Shown here piece after piece: positions 1 to 10,989 of a DNA stretch of 64,000 nt. The stretch spans positions 128,001 through 192,000 of the forward strand of contig CAVXVG010000027.1 of the NCBI GenBank assembly GCA_963765145.1, read 5' to 3'. The notes beneath the pieces were generated by a model. It was given only the letters and a program-made list of their open reading frames with translations, was not told the origin of the DNA and did no database searches. Numbering within the stretch: the first letter of the stretch is position 1; the number at the start of each line of letters is the position of its first letter. A program made the translations under genes and the position numbers. This DNA is from Parachlamydiales bacterium. GTDB taxonomy: Bacteria > Chlamydiota > Chlamydiia > Chlamydiales > JAJFMK01.

Positions 1-2439
1 AGCAAGATCCAGGGATTTCCATGGATCCAGATCCCAACCCCCAAAGAAAAAATCACAACCTCAAATGATTGTGACTTACTATGGGGAAACAAAAAATACA
101 CGATTTGGCGCCGTAATGTTTGAAGCAGATCGTCTATTAAAAAACCTTACCTTAGGTAGGGACAATTACACCGGAAAAAGATTTAGGGCAAATCTTCAGG
201 GATATCATGACCTTTTAGAGCTATATCAAAAGGAGAATCGTTTATCAACAAGTGTCTCATGGCGTATGTGGTTTGTGCCGGAGAAAATTAGCCTTATTCA
301 GTCTGAAGATGGAAGCTCCATGGTTTTCGACCAAGTGCAGATGCAAGTATTGACAGAATCTAAATGCAAAAAAGGTATTTATCATGATAATGCGGCAGAA
401 AAATTTGCCTCGCATTTCACTCAAAATTATGATCGTTACTCTCATGAATTCCCCATTCTTCATGATTTAAAAAAACTAGGGAAAATCACAGCGGTTGTTA
501 AATGGATAAAAGAACAAGGGTTGCCTTTTGATCTCTCATTTTTTAAGAGTTATTCTCCTAAATTTGTAACTACTCCCACACATACGCCTCAAGTAGGTGG
601 TGTTGAAGGGAGAATAATTATCAGCGGAGGGGTCATCTATCACTTTGATGATAATAATTTCTCCACCAGAACCGGCTGGCAAGCTAATGAGGCAAAGGAT
701 GAGGTATTGCAAGGACGACCGGGAGAGGGGGAATTAAGCTGGGACTTTGGAAAGGGCTATACCGCAATAGTTCAAAACCTTGGCAAAACACTTAAAGTAG
801 GAGATGTAAAAAAGTCTTTCGTTGATATGAGTTTTCCCGTTGCAGGGACTATTCCTTTAGCTCTTGTTCGTACCTACGACTCTTTTAACGAGCAAAGCAC
901 TGGATTTGGCACAGGATGGGATGTTACACCTGCAAAACTTCGCTTTCTAAGCGAGAAAAAGTGGTGCCGCTTCTCCGATGGCACCACAAGCAGGGTGTAT
1001 AATGAAATTTTTGTGTGTTGGGGAGGGGCAGAATCTCTCTATAGGATTGTAGGTCTTAATGCTGAAAAAAACCCCGTTTATAGCACAGAAGGAAGAGCTG
1101 CTCCGCTGCTTGAAAATTTAGATGGAACCTTCTCTTTCTCTGGAAAACAAGAATGTTTTCTTTTTGATTCTGAAGGTAAGCTGATTAAGATTAGTGATAA
1201 GAGCGGAATGCTATTGACTATTGTTATGACGGAGGAAGATTGGCCTGTATCTCTTGCAAAGGGAAGAAGGCAATCCATCTTGAATATGAAGGCCCTACAA
1301 TTGCTCGTGCAATAGGGAACTGCAGCAAGGTTATTTATTACGACTATACCCCAGAAGGCCAACTTAGGGAGGTCCGAGACAAAGAGGGCGTTCTAATGAG
1401 TTATACGTACGATAAGGACTTGCACCTATCAGCTATTTTCGATGCCAAAGGAAATAAGACTTTTGAGGCAAATTATGATATCTACAATCGAGCTGAAGAA
1501 AAAGTTATTAATGGAATATGTTTCAAACAAGAGTTTAGCTTGTCAGAGAGAAGAGCTCGAATAGAAGGAGCCAACAATTTTTTCTTGGAAGAGCACTTTG
1601 ATGAAAAGTATCGACCTCACAAAATCATAGATTCATCGGGGAGACAGCTGGAGTTAAGCTATGCGGGGTCTTTTGGTCCTGAAAAATCAGTCGACAATAA
1701 TGGGCTTGAAGTTTTTTATAAATATGATGCGATAGGTAATCCTATCAAAATAAGCGATGCATATAGGGGAGAAAGAAAGTTTGAATTTGATCAACAAGGC
1801 AATCTTCTAGAAGAAGTTGATGGTATGGGAACAAAGACTGCGTACATCTACGATGAGAAAGGGCGGCTTATAAAGGTTTACAAACCGTTTCACCTTAATT
1901 TTTTCAGTATTCAAAATGGAAAAGTAACTAAGAAAGGAGATGAACAGTTTGCAACAGGTTTTCAATACGATCCCATAACAGGAGGCCTCCTCTCTATCGA
2001 CTTTCCTGGAGGAGGAAAAGAAAGCTTTCGATTGGATGAAAACGGACTCCCATTGGAAATTTGTTATAGCAACGGCTTTATTTCGAAAAGGTCTTATGAC
2101 AATCGCTCCCGCCTTGTCGAGGTCTCTGAAGCGGGAAAGACAACTCAATACACTTATGATGAGCGAGATCGTATAACAACAATTTATTCTTCCTTTGGAG
2201 AAATGAGTTATTCTTACGATCAAAACGGCAATGTTCTGTCAAAAACCGATAGTTTAGGTTTGACTGCAACTTTTCAGTATGATGCAAACGACAATTTAAT
2301 TGAGGTAATAGATGCTTTGGGGGGATTAAGCTCCTATGACTACAACTCTTTTGGCGATCTGATCAAAATCACATTGCCAAATAATTCTATTAGAGAAATT
2401 CGCTATGATGAATTTAAACGTCCTGTTTCTCTGAGGTGA
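1..2439 (+). CDS. Large YD/RHS-repeat protein, 5' end outside window; split by frameshifts near 45-64 and ~1207
   Basis: ORFs 65..1315 and 1240..2439 join if one A is added at ~1207 (KISDKSG-NAIDYCYD). LVRTYDS...GFGTGW motif followed by many YD repeats. N-terminal part (PGISMDP, FEADRLLK, RMWFVP) resembles a DUF1598-like domain. Confidence 0.75.
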
Positions 2440-2527
2440 ATGCTTTGAATTTTTCAAGGACAGGGTTAAACGGGATAAGTGAACTGGACCTCTATAGCCG
2501 TTTAGGGTAAAATATTTGGCAACCCGT

Positions 2528-2600
2528 GTCCCCGTAGCTCAGTGGATAGAGCGATCGCCTCCTAAGCGGTAGGTCGCACGTTCAATTCGTGCCGGGGACG
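2528..2600 (+). tRNA. tRNA-Arg (anticodon CCT)
   Basis: Cloverleaf: GTCCCCG/CGGGGAC acceptor stem, TAGCTCAGTGGATAGAGC D arm, ATCGC-CT-CCT-AA-GCGGT anticodon arm, GTTCAATTC T loop; CCA not encoded. Confidence 0.95.
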
Positions 2601-2612
2601 ATTTTTTTTATC

Positions 2613-3531
2613 GTGGCACTTCATCTTCCTGTCCTACTTCAAGAAGTTCTTCAAGCTTTCAAGCCTTTGAAAATTTCTACTTTTCTCGATGGCACTCTAG
2701 GCGCCGGCGGGCATGCAGAGGCCCTTTTAGCAGATCATCCCGAAATAGAACTTTACATCGGGGCAGATCAAGACCAAAGCGCTTTGAATATTGCTAAAGA
2801 GCGGCTCTCCCCTTGGAAAGAGAAACTTTTATTCCTTCACGAAAATTTTTCAGCGCTCCCCTCCATTTTGCATCAAAAAGGGGTCAAGCCTGACGGAATT
2901 TTATTAGATATCGGCGTCTCTTCGATGCAGCTAGATCAGCCCGAAAGGGGATTTAGTTTTAGGTTTGATGCCCCTCTTGATATGCGAATGGATGCAACCC
3001 AAGAGATGACTGCAGCTCAAATTCTCAATACCTTTTCTGAAAAGGATCTTCAACGAATCTTTAGAGAATATGGCGAAGAGCCAAAATGGAGAAGGGCAGC
3101 GGCAGCTATCATAAAAGGGCGCCCAGTTTATACAACTTTTGAGCTTAAAGCTATGCTTGAGCCTGTTTTAGGTAAAAAGAGATTCGGGGAAAAAAGAACC
3201 CATTACTCAAATTTTTCAGGCTTTAAGGATTGCCACAAATCGAGAGCTTGATGTACTACAAGAGTTTCTTCCTTCCGGGATCGAGCTTCTTCCCAAAGGC
3301 GGAAGAATGGGTATCATCACCTTCCATAGTTTAGAAGATCGGATGGTGAAAGAGACTTTCAACTTAAAAGCTTCTGACAAATGGGCGACAACCGGTTATC
3401 GAGGCCATTTTATGGATAAAGACCCTGAAGTTCTTTTGGTGAATCGAAAGGCAATAGGTCCGTCGGATGATGAATTGGCTATTAACCCTCGCTGTCGAAG
3501 TGCAAAACTTCGTGTGATAGAAAAACTGTGA
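2613..3531 (+). CDS. rsmH: 16S rRNA m4C1402 methyltransferase, frameshifted near 3185-3202
   Basis: HLPVLLQEV, DGTLGAGGHA, DIGVSSMQLD, GFSF...PLDMRMD; the second frame gives FQALRIATNREL and ITFHSLEDRMVK...NPRCRSAKLR. GTG start at 2613 (the track start lies inside the tRNA). Confidence 0.93.
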
Positions 3532-3774
3532 GACTGTTTCTTGCTCCTCTTTTGTTGATCGTCTTTTTCCTTTTAGTGCTAATCAGCAAAGAAAATCGAC
3601 TGATGGAATTGAGACTTTCAAATTCCCAAAAAAGAGGCGGAGCTCAAAAGCCTAATTGAGGCAAACCATCGACAACAGACAGAATTAGATGCAGTTTTGT
3701 CTCCAAAAGCGCTATTAGAAAAATTAAGAACGCCTACCTATAGCCATCTGGCTTTTCCGGAAAGTGGCAAATGA
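3528..3774 (+). CDS. ftsL: Chlamydial FtsL-like division protein, frameshifted near 3617
   Basis: Not in ORF track. GTG at 3528, one TM helix, KENRLMELRL; removing one T gives QIPKKEAELK...SPKALLEKLRTPTYSHLAFP with a TGA overlapping the pbp3 ATG. Lies between rsmH and pbp3. Confidence 0.7.
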
Positions 3775-5705
3775 AAAGATTATATCTGATTTTTTTTACG
3801 TTCTTAATAGGTTTTGCGGCCCTTTTTTTGCAATTTTTCAAATTGCAGGTTTTAGAGCATGAGAAATGGGAAAAAGTAGCCGATAGCCAACACTATTTTA
3901 CAGTTGAAACACCTGCCAAAAGAGGAACGATCTATACCTCTCCACGCTTTGGCGAACCGCTTCCCTTGAGCGTAGATGTAGAGGTCTTCGACCTCTATGC
4001 AGACCCAAAAGTCATTCCTAAAGAAAAGCGGGAAGAGATCGTTTTGGCCCTCGCATCGCTTGTTGGTCTTGATGACAAAGAGGTGAACAACATCCGAACC
4101 CATCTTGCAAAAAAAAGTCGGCGGAGAAAATTGCTCACCTGGCTTGAAGACGAAACAAAGCTAAAAGTTCAAGGTTGGTGGTCGAGTTTTTCAAAAGCTC
4201 AAAAACTTTCAAAGCATGCCCTCTTTTTTGAGTCTAACTTCAAAAGAGTTCACCCTTCAGGCTCTATGTTGGGGCAAGTTTTACATACGGTACGCCATTT
4301 AAGAGATGAAAAAAGTCGCAAGGCAGAGCCGACAGGAGGCCTTGAACTTGCTTTTAATGACTATTTAGAGGGGAAAGGGGGTGTTAAAAGGTATTTACGT
4401 TCCCCACTTAATACGTTTGAAATCGGAGAAACGGTTCGAGAGCCTGAAGCCGGAGGAGACCTTTACTTAACGATCCATCCCACATTGCAAGCCATTGCAG
4501 AGGAAGAGGTGGAATTTGGAGTAAAACGATGCAACGCAAAACGGGGCTGGTCGATGGTTGTAGAACCTAAAACAGGCCATATATTGGCCTTGGCACAATA
4601 TCCTTTTTTTGATTTGCCCCTTTACCCCTCCTATTTTGAGACACCTGAAAAAATGGAAGAGACGCGGGTGAAGAGTATGCAGGACGCTCAAGAGCCAGGT
4701 TCTGTCATGAAAGCGTTTACGATTGCTGTGGGCCTGCTCGCCAATGAAGAGTTGAGTAAGCAGAACAAGCCGCCCATTTTTTCCCCCGAAGAAAAATTTG
4801 CCACCTCTAATAGCCATTTTCCGGGCAGGAAAAAGCCACTTGAAGATACCCATCTGCACTACTTTCTTAACATGTGGATGGGGTTGCAAAAGTCCTCTAA
4901 TATTTATATGGCTCTGTTAGCGCAAAGAGTTGTCGATGCTCTTGGAGAGGATTGGTATCGGAATGTGTTGATCGATTGTTTTGGCTTTGGAAAAAAGACA
5001 GGCATCCCTCTTCCTTCAGAATCTTTGGGTTTGGTTCCAAAGCCGGGAAGGCTTCATCCAAATGGGGCTTTAGAATGGTCTAAAGGAACTCCTTATTGTC
5101 TGGCTATGGGACATAACATCCTTGCGACTAGTCTGCAGTTATGCCGAGCGATGTCGGTTTTCGCTAATGGAGGGCATTTGGTTGAACCTTCTTTGATTGA
5201 AACGTTTGACGAGCAACCGGTAGAAAGCCCTAAAGTCCTTTCTGATGCTGTTTTAAACACCGTATTGAGAGCGATGCGTTTTACAACAAAACCTGGTGGC
5301 ACTGCCCGCAGAGCCGACATTCCGGGTTTCACAGTCGTTGGAAAAACCAGTACTCCCAAAAAGTTGATCGACGGATTCTATTCTGAAAAAATTTATGTTC
5401 CTTGCATGTGTGGGTTTGCTCCGGTAAACGATCCTGCCATCGTCTGTATAGTGGTGATGGATGAGCCAAAGTTTGGCTATGTTCCGGGGCGTGGGCTTAA
5501 TCACCATGGCGGAACAGCCAGTGCTCCAATCTTTCAAAAAATTGTTAAAAGATCGCTAGAGGCGCTTGGCATTGCTCCGGATGATCCCTACAATTATCCT
5601 GAAGGGGATCCGAGAAGAGATGATACAAAGGCCGAGTGGGTAACCGAGCTGCAAGACTTGGATGCTTTGTACCAACTTTGGAATGGGCCATCGAATCACC
5701 ACTGA
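3771..5705 (+). CDS. ftsI: Class B penicillin-binding protein (PBP3/FtsI)
   Basis: N-terminal TM, AKRGTI, EPGSVMK (SxxK), KSSN (SxN), GKTST (KTG-like); dcw context. Confidence 0.9.
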   Translation: MKRLYLIFFTFLIGFAALFLQFFKLQVLEHEKWEKVADSQHYFTVETPAKRGTIYTSPRFGEPLPLSVDVEVFDLYADPKVIPKEKREEIVLALASLVGLDDKEVNNIRTHLAKKSRRRKLLTWLEDETKLKVQGWWSSFSKAQKLSKHALFFESNFKRVHPSGSMLGQVLHTVRHLRDEKSRKAEPTGGLELAFNDYLEGKGGVKRYLRSPLNTFEIGETVREPEAGGDLYLTIHPTLQAIAEEEVEFGVKRCNAKRGWSMVVEPKTGHILALAQYPFFDLPLYPSYFETPEKMEETRVKSMQDAQEPGSVMKAFTIAVGLLANEELSKQNKPPIFSPEEKFATSNSHFPGRKKPLEDTHLHYFLNMWMGLQKSSNIYMALLAQRVVDALGEDWYRNVLIDCFGFGKKTGIPLPSESLGLVPKPGRLHPNGALEWSKGTPYCLAMGHNILATSLQLCRAMSVFANGGHLVEPSLIETFDEQPVESPKVLSDAVLNTVLRAMRFTTKPGGTARRADIPGFTVVGKTSTPKKLIDGFYSEKIYVPCMCGFAPVNDPAIVCIVVMDEPKFGYVPGRGLNHHGGTASAPIFQKIVKRSLEALGIAPDDPYNYPEGDPRRDDTKAEWVTELQDLDALYQLWNGPSNHH

Positions 5706-5798
5706 GGCAGTGGGATCACAGAGAAAATTTTCTTTTTTTCTCAAAAGGTGGCTCTCAATGCTCTCAAATTTCCTCTGAGATCTCACTGCCTCTGTGGT
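5698..5798. repeat. Family B palindromic element (copy 1)
   Basis: ACCACTGAGGCAGTGGGATCACAGAG ... CTCTGAGATCTCACTGCCTCTGTGGT inverted arms; contains the ftsI stop codon. Confidence 0.9.
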
Positions 5799-5837
5799 TA
5801 ATTATGTGATAAAGCGGTATAAATAGCGGTTCCCCCT

Positions 5838-7298
5838 ATGAAGCTCAAAAAACTGTTTAAAAAAATTCCTCATGAAAGAATTGAGGGTTCTAGAGAGATA
5901 GAAATCTCAGGCGTATCTTCGAACTCCAAGCTTGTTTCGCCGGGCAATATATTTATTGCGAAGAAAGGGGCGACAGATGATGGGCATCGGTATATTTCTC
6001 AAGCAATTGCCGGAGGGGCTGTAGCTGTTTTGACCGATCTTTTTGACCCCACTCTTTCGGTTCCACAAGTCATTGTCAAAGATATTTCTCAGATTGAGGG
6101 GTTGATAGCGGACACATGCTATGAATCTCCTTCTAGCCAACTGTTTGTGATTGGGGTGACTGGTACCAATGGAAAAACAACTACCAGCTATTTGGTAAAA
6201 CACCTCTTAGATGGTACCTTTGGACCTTCTGGTTTACTTGGAACCATTGAATATTTGATTGGCAGGCACCGTTACCAAGCCACACACACAACTCCGGATA
6301 TTGCCACTAACCATAAATTACTGAAGGAAATGGTTTTGCAAGGATGCACGGCAGGTGTGATGGAAGTGACAAGCCATGCATTGGATCAAGGTAGAGTCAA
6401 GGAGATAGACTATGATGCCGTTGTCTATACTAATTTGACCCAAGATCATTTAGATTACCATGGGACGATGGAAGCTTATGCAGCCGCTAAAAGCCTGTTA
6501 TTTCAGCAATCAAAATCTAAAAAAACGGTGGCAGTGATCAACTCCGATTGCCCTTGGTCCAAAATCGTTACAGGACCATCGACCTTTCCAAAAATCACCT
6601 ATGGAATAGACCAGCAGTCTGATTTAAAAGCAGAAAATTTACGCTTCTCTCCTCAAGGAACCGAATTTACTTTGAATTATCAGGGGGAAAGTTGGGAAGT
6701 GAGAAGCCCCTTGATAGGCAGGCACAATGTTTACAATGTACTTGCCGCTATCGGTGTGCTATTGGTCAAAAAAATTGATGTTCAGAGCATTGTTGAACGA
6801 CTGTCTACCTTTCCTGGGGTGCGGGGAAGGCTTGAGTCGGTTGAGAATACTCTTGGCATCCAAATTTACGTCGATTTCGCTCACACCGAAGATGCTTTGA
6901 GAAATGTGTTAAAATCATTACGAGAGTTAACGAAAGGAAAGATTTTAACAGTGTTTGGATGTGGCGGGAACAAAGACCCAAAAAAGAGACCTCTGATGGC
7001 AGAGGCTGTTGAAGAGGGAAGCGATCTTGCCATAGTAACACTCGATAATTCTCGGAATGAAGACCCTGAAACCATTTTAAGTGATATTTTAAAAGGGTTT
7101 AAGTCTCCTGACCATTATATTGTGGAACTAGATCGTGCTGTCGCCATTGAGAAAGCCATTCATTATGCAAAAGAGGGAGACACTGTTCTCATTGCAGGAA
7201 AAGGGCATGAAACGTCTCAAATCTTTGCCACCATGACCATACCGTTCGATGATAGTAAAATTGCCTACAAAGCCTGTTTAAACCGTTCTTTATTATGA
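5838..7298 (+). CDS. murE: UDP-MurNAc-tripeptide synthetase
   Basis: GVTGTNGKTT, MEVTSH, TNLTQDHLDYH, VDFAHT, FGCGG, DNSR, AGKGHE. Confidence 0.96.
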   Translation: MKLKKLFKKIPHERIEGSREIEISGVSSNSKLVSPGNIFIAKKGATDDGHRYISQAIAGGAVAVLTDLFDPTLSVPQVIVKDISQIEGLIADTCYESPSSQLFVIGVTGTNGKTTTSYLVKHLLDGTFGPSGLLGTIEYLIGRHRYQATHTTPDIATNHKLLKEMVLQGCTAGVMEVTSHALDQGRVKEIDYDAVVYTNLTQDHLDYHGTMEAYAAAKSLLFQQSKSKKTVAVINSDCPWSKIVTGPSTFPKITYGIDQQSDLKAENLRFSPQGTEFTLNYQGESWEVRSPLIGRHNVYNVLAAIGVLLVKKIDVQSIVERLSTFPGVRGRLESVENTLGIQIYVDFAHTEDALRNVLKSLRELTKGKILTVFGCGGNKDPKKRPLMAEAVEEGSDLAIVTLDNSRNEDPETILSDILKGFKSPDHYIVELDRAVAIEKAIHYAKEGDTVLIAGKGHETSQIFATMTIPFDDSKIAYKACLNRSLL

Positions 7299-7957
7299 AA
7301 AAATTCATTCTTGTTGCCCTTCTTTTAGCAGGCTCACTTAGTGCCCAAACCCCAACACGTCATTATAAAAAGGAAGTGATCGTATTGGATGCAGGGCATG
7401 GCGGAGAGGATAGGGGGACAAAATCGCTCTCTAAGCCCATTCTTATAGAGAAAAGATTGACCCTTTTTACAACAATTCTTTTAAGGTCAGCCCTTGAAGG
7501 GCTTGGTTATCAAACCCTCATGACACGTTGGAAAGATGAAACGATCAGCTTAGATGACCGGGTGATTTTTTCGAATAATGTTCACCCTCATTGCTTTGTT
7601 AGCATCCATTACAATTCGGCTCCATCGCCTGAGGCAAAAGGAATCGAGGTATTTCTTTATCGAGATAAGGGCGATCCTAAACGAACTCAAAACTCGGAAA
7701 AACTTGCAGAGCTTGTCTTAAAGAATGTTTTGAATTGGTCGGGGGCTGAGAGTCGTGGGGTCAAAAATGGCAATTTCCGCGTCATCAAGGATACAGAAGA
7801 TCCTGCCATCCTTGTTGAGCTTGGATTTTTAAGTAATAAAGAAGAGGCTAAAAAAATCTCCGAGCCTCTCTACGCTAAGCAGTTGGCGATGGGTGTCGCG
7901 CACGGCATCGACGAATACCTAACCTCCCGCCGTACACAAAAGCGATCCTCTCCCTAA
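7295..7957 (+). CDS. amiA: N-acetylmuramoyl-L-alanine amidase (Amidase_3)
   Basis: Signal peptide, LDAGHGG, EK, SIHYNS, ILVELGF. Confidence 0.9.
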   Translation: MKKFILVALLLAGSLSAQTPTRHYKKEVIVLDAGHGGEDRGTKSLSKPILIEKRLTLFTTILLRSALEGLGYQTLMTRWKDETISLDDRVIFSNNVHPHCFVSIHYNSAPSPEAKGIEVFLYRDKGDPKRTQNSEKLAELVLKNVLNWSGAESRGVKNGNFRVIKDTEDPAILVELGFLSNKEEAKKISEPLYAKQLAMGVAHGIDEYLTSRRTQKRSSP

Positions 7958-7984
7958 TTTAAGCGAATCCTTGCCCGATTAAAT

Positions 7985-8167
7985 AACCACTGAGACAGTG
8001 AGATCACAGAGGAAATGTGAGGGCAATGAGAGCCATTCTTTCGGCAAAAGACAACTAAAAATTTTCAACGCGAAGAAAAAACGAAAGATTTAATTGAACT
8101 TTTGTTGCTAAAAGAACGGTTCTCATTGCCCTCACATTTCCTCTGTGATCGCACTGTCTCAGTGGTT
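7985..8167. repeat. Family B palindromic element (copy 2)
   Basis: Long near-perfect inverted arms AACCACTGAGACAGTGAGATCACAGAGGAAATGTGAGGGCAATGAGA / TCTCATTGCCCTCACATTTCCTCTGTGATCGCACTGTCTCAGTGGTT between convergent genes. Confidence 0.92.
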
Positions 8168-9372
8168 TAACTGATAAGGGCTTTTTCTTTTTCTGGAGAG
8201 CGGCGGGAAAGGAGAGAGCCCGACAAACAAAGAAGCCCTCCAACAAAAAAGACTAAGGTTTTAGAGCCGGTAAGATATAAAAGCTCGCCAATAAAGGGAG
8301 CAATAGAACCTCGAATACCAACACAAGCCACATTTACGCTGCTAAAAAGGGTGCTTTCACCCTCTTTTGCAAAAAGAGGCCCAGATAAGTTCCAGCTCAT
8401 CTCGCTTCCGGCTTGCATGACTCCATATAATGCATAGGCAAGAAAAAGGCCTGATGGAATCCAAGGGGACAAAATCAAAAGGAAAGCGAATCCGGCTGCA
8501 AGAGAGGTCACAAGCGTATTGAAACTGTAGATGGGCAGTTTGGTGTAAAGCTTTGCCCAATAGCTAGAAGAAAGGGCAAAAAACAGCCCTTTTGCAACCG
8601 ATGTGGCAAGTGAAACTTCTGTGTAGGACAATGACAAAGTCTCTTTAAAGAAAAAGGGCAGGACGGGGTGCATCATGATGAGGCCACCACCTCCCAAGAA
8701 AAAAACCCATTGGAAATGTCGGAAGTCTTTCCGCTCTTTTAAAAGAGCAATCCCTTGCTTCCAAGGCAATAGCCATGAGGGACGGGGTGGCGCGGTTTTT
8801 GCCCCTTCAGGAATGGGAAGGCCTCGGATCAAGATCAAATTAAATGCTTGGACAAGCGCTAGGAGAAAAAAGATCCACTTCCAAGAAGAGGGGTCGTAAT
8901 CAAGCCAAGGTGAAATCAAGATGGGTATGAGGATGTGGATGATTGAATGGAGGGAGGATCCTCGAGAAAAAGCCTTTCCCCTCTCTTCATGTTTTAGATT
9001 TAGCTTAAATATTTCGCCCCAGGCCAAGATGAGGGCTCTTGAAGAGATCCAAAAACAACCATTAGCGGCGATAAAAAACCAGAGATTGTCAACGAAAGGG
9101 AAAAAGAGGCAGGGGAGCAACCCCCCCAAAGTGACACCAATCAGGTAAGACTTTAGGCGGGCTCTTCTTCCTAATATTAAGATGCTTCCATAAAAAGCGC
9201 CTAATGCCGAAAGAGGCTTCATGGCGACAAGAACAGTAACCTGTAGAGGAGAGGCGCCAAGTTCTTTACAAAAGAGAAAGGCTAAAAGGAGCCACAAAGC
9301 TTCAAGAGGGGCGCTCAATCCCTTGGCCAAAGCAAAAATTCTTGCTGTTTTCTGGCTATTTGACTCTGTCAT
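8167..9372 (-). CDS. MFS transporter
   Basis: 401 aa, about 12 hydrophobic segments, EERGKAFS loop motif. Confidence 0.8.
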   Translation of the reverse strand: MTESNSQKTARIFALAKGLSAPLEALWLLLAFLFCKELGASPLQVTVLVAMKPLSALGAFYGSILILGRRARLKSYLIGVTLGGLLPCLFFPFVDNLWFFIAANGCFWISSRALILAWGEIFKLNLKHEERGKAFSRGSSLHSIIHILIPILISPWLDYDPSSWKWIFFLLALVQAFNLILIRGLPIPEGAKTAPPRPSWLLPWKQGIALLKERKDFRHFQWVFFLGGGGLIMMHPVLPFFFKETLSLSYTEVSLATSVAKGLFFALSSSYWAKLYTKLPIYSFNTLVTSLAAGFAFLLILSPWIPSGLFLAYALYGVMQAGSEMSWNLSGPLFAKEGESTLFSSVNVACVGIRGSIAPFIGELLYLTGSKTLVFFVGGLLCLSGSLLSRRSPEKEKALIS

Positions 9373-9391
9373 TGCAGAGATTATAGCCGAT

Positions 9392-10989
9392 TTAAACGAT
9401 TTTATTAAGCACGTTGATTAGGTCTTTTACAAAAATAGGTTTAAATAAAACGGCTGAAAACCCATGTTCTTCCAGATCATCTATCTGGTCAAGTTTGGTA
9501 ATGCCTGAAAAAAGGACCATCTTTAAATGGGAGAACTGAGGGTTTTGTAGAATCCATTTGCCCAACTGTTTGCCGTTCATTTCCGGCATGGCAAAATCGA
9601 TAAGGGCTATGGAAAAAGGGTCATTTGCAGCTATTGCACTCTGAAGCAATTCACAGGCTTCTTGACCTGATGCGGCTGTCTGAACATTAGGGCATTCCAA
9701 ATGATGTAAATAGCTTAAAAGAATGTCGCGGTTTTGATGATAGTCATCTACAACTAATATTTTTTTTGATTTCACCTGCTCATTTAGAGTGGGTATTTCA
9801 GGCTGAGAAGGGGCGATTTGGCAAGGGATATCGAACCAAAAAGTTGAGCCAACTGCCTGTTCTGACTCTACATGGATGGTACCTCCCATCAAACTCACCA
9901 ATTCTTTGGAAATAGCAAGCCCAAGTCCCGAGCCACCAAACCTTCGGCTAATGATAGGGTCTAACTGAGAATATTTTTTAAATAGTTGATCCAATTTGTC
10001 TTTCGGGATGCCGATGCCGGTATCCTTGATCGCAATAATGAGTCGATCTTTTTTTTCTCAAGCGTTAAAAGAACCTCTCCCCCTCCGGAAAATTTGATCG
10101 CATTCAACATCAAGTTAAGTAGAACCTGTTTTAAATGGACAATGTCTGCAAAAACCACTTTGGGAATATCTACAGAACACTGAACGATGATTTCAACCTT
10201 ATTTTTTTGAGCTTCGATCTCTAAAATTGCGGCCATTTCCGAAACCAATTCTTCGATATTAGCGGGTGTTAAGTTAAGGGTGACTTGTCCTTGTTCAATT
10301 TTTGAAAGATCTAGCACATCACTCATCAAGGTAAATAGGAGCCCTGCTGAGGAGCAGATCGTTTTCACATAACGGTGTTGGTCGGGTGTTAATTTGGTTG
10401 TCAATAAAAGTTCTGACATCCCAATGAGGCCACTCAATGGGGCTCTAATTTCATGGCTGATCCGAGAGAGGAAGTCGCTTTTGGCTAAATTGGCCGCTTC
10501 CGCGTTCTCTTTGGCTAACTTTAGCTCCTCTTCAGCCTTTCTTTGAGCGGTGAAATCTTTGCCGAGCATGATGGTGCCAATGATGTTGCCATTATCGTCT
10601 TTGTATGGAACTTTTACGCCGGCAACCCACCTGGTGCCAAGGGCTTGATCTTCATATGGAAAATAGAACTCTAAGGGATGTCCTGACTGGATCACAGTTT
10701 CATCGATTTTAGGGACGATGTCTTTCAAGCTTGGAATAAAATCCTCACTTCTTTTCCCTACCGGATTTTGAGTGAGATGTTTATACAGATCAATGAATGT
10801 TTTGTTGGCTTTGATAATTCTGCCGCTAAGGTCTTTATACAAGATCATAGCCGGGATATTGTCAAAAACAGCTTCAAACTCTTCTTGTTGCTGGTGAAGA
10901 TGTTTTTTTTCTTTAAAGAGTTTGTAAAACGCGAAAAGAACGAGGATGAGAATGCAGGTGACGGCTATCAACAATCCTTTTATTAGCAT
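9392..10989 (-). CDS. Hybrid sensor histidine kinase (TM-PAS-HisKA-HATPase-REC), frameshift in T8 run at 10049-10056
   Basis: KSDFLSRISHEIRAPL H-box, NLMLNAIKF N-box; adding one base restores DTGIGI; GGSGLGLAI G2 box; REC domain with VVDD, DFAMP, KP. Confidence 0.9.

Noticed and set aside
1..2600. tRNA-anchored genomic island or prophage
   Set aside because: No integrase, att duplication or phage genes are visible, and the YD gene lies 5' of the tRNA.
2589..2612. ORF-track starts at 2589 and 17996
   Set aside because: They begin inside tRNA genes; downstream starts at 2613 and 18038 fit the protein families.
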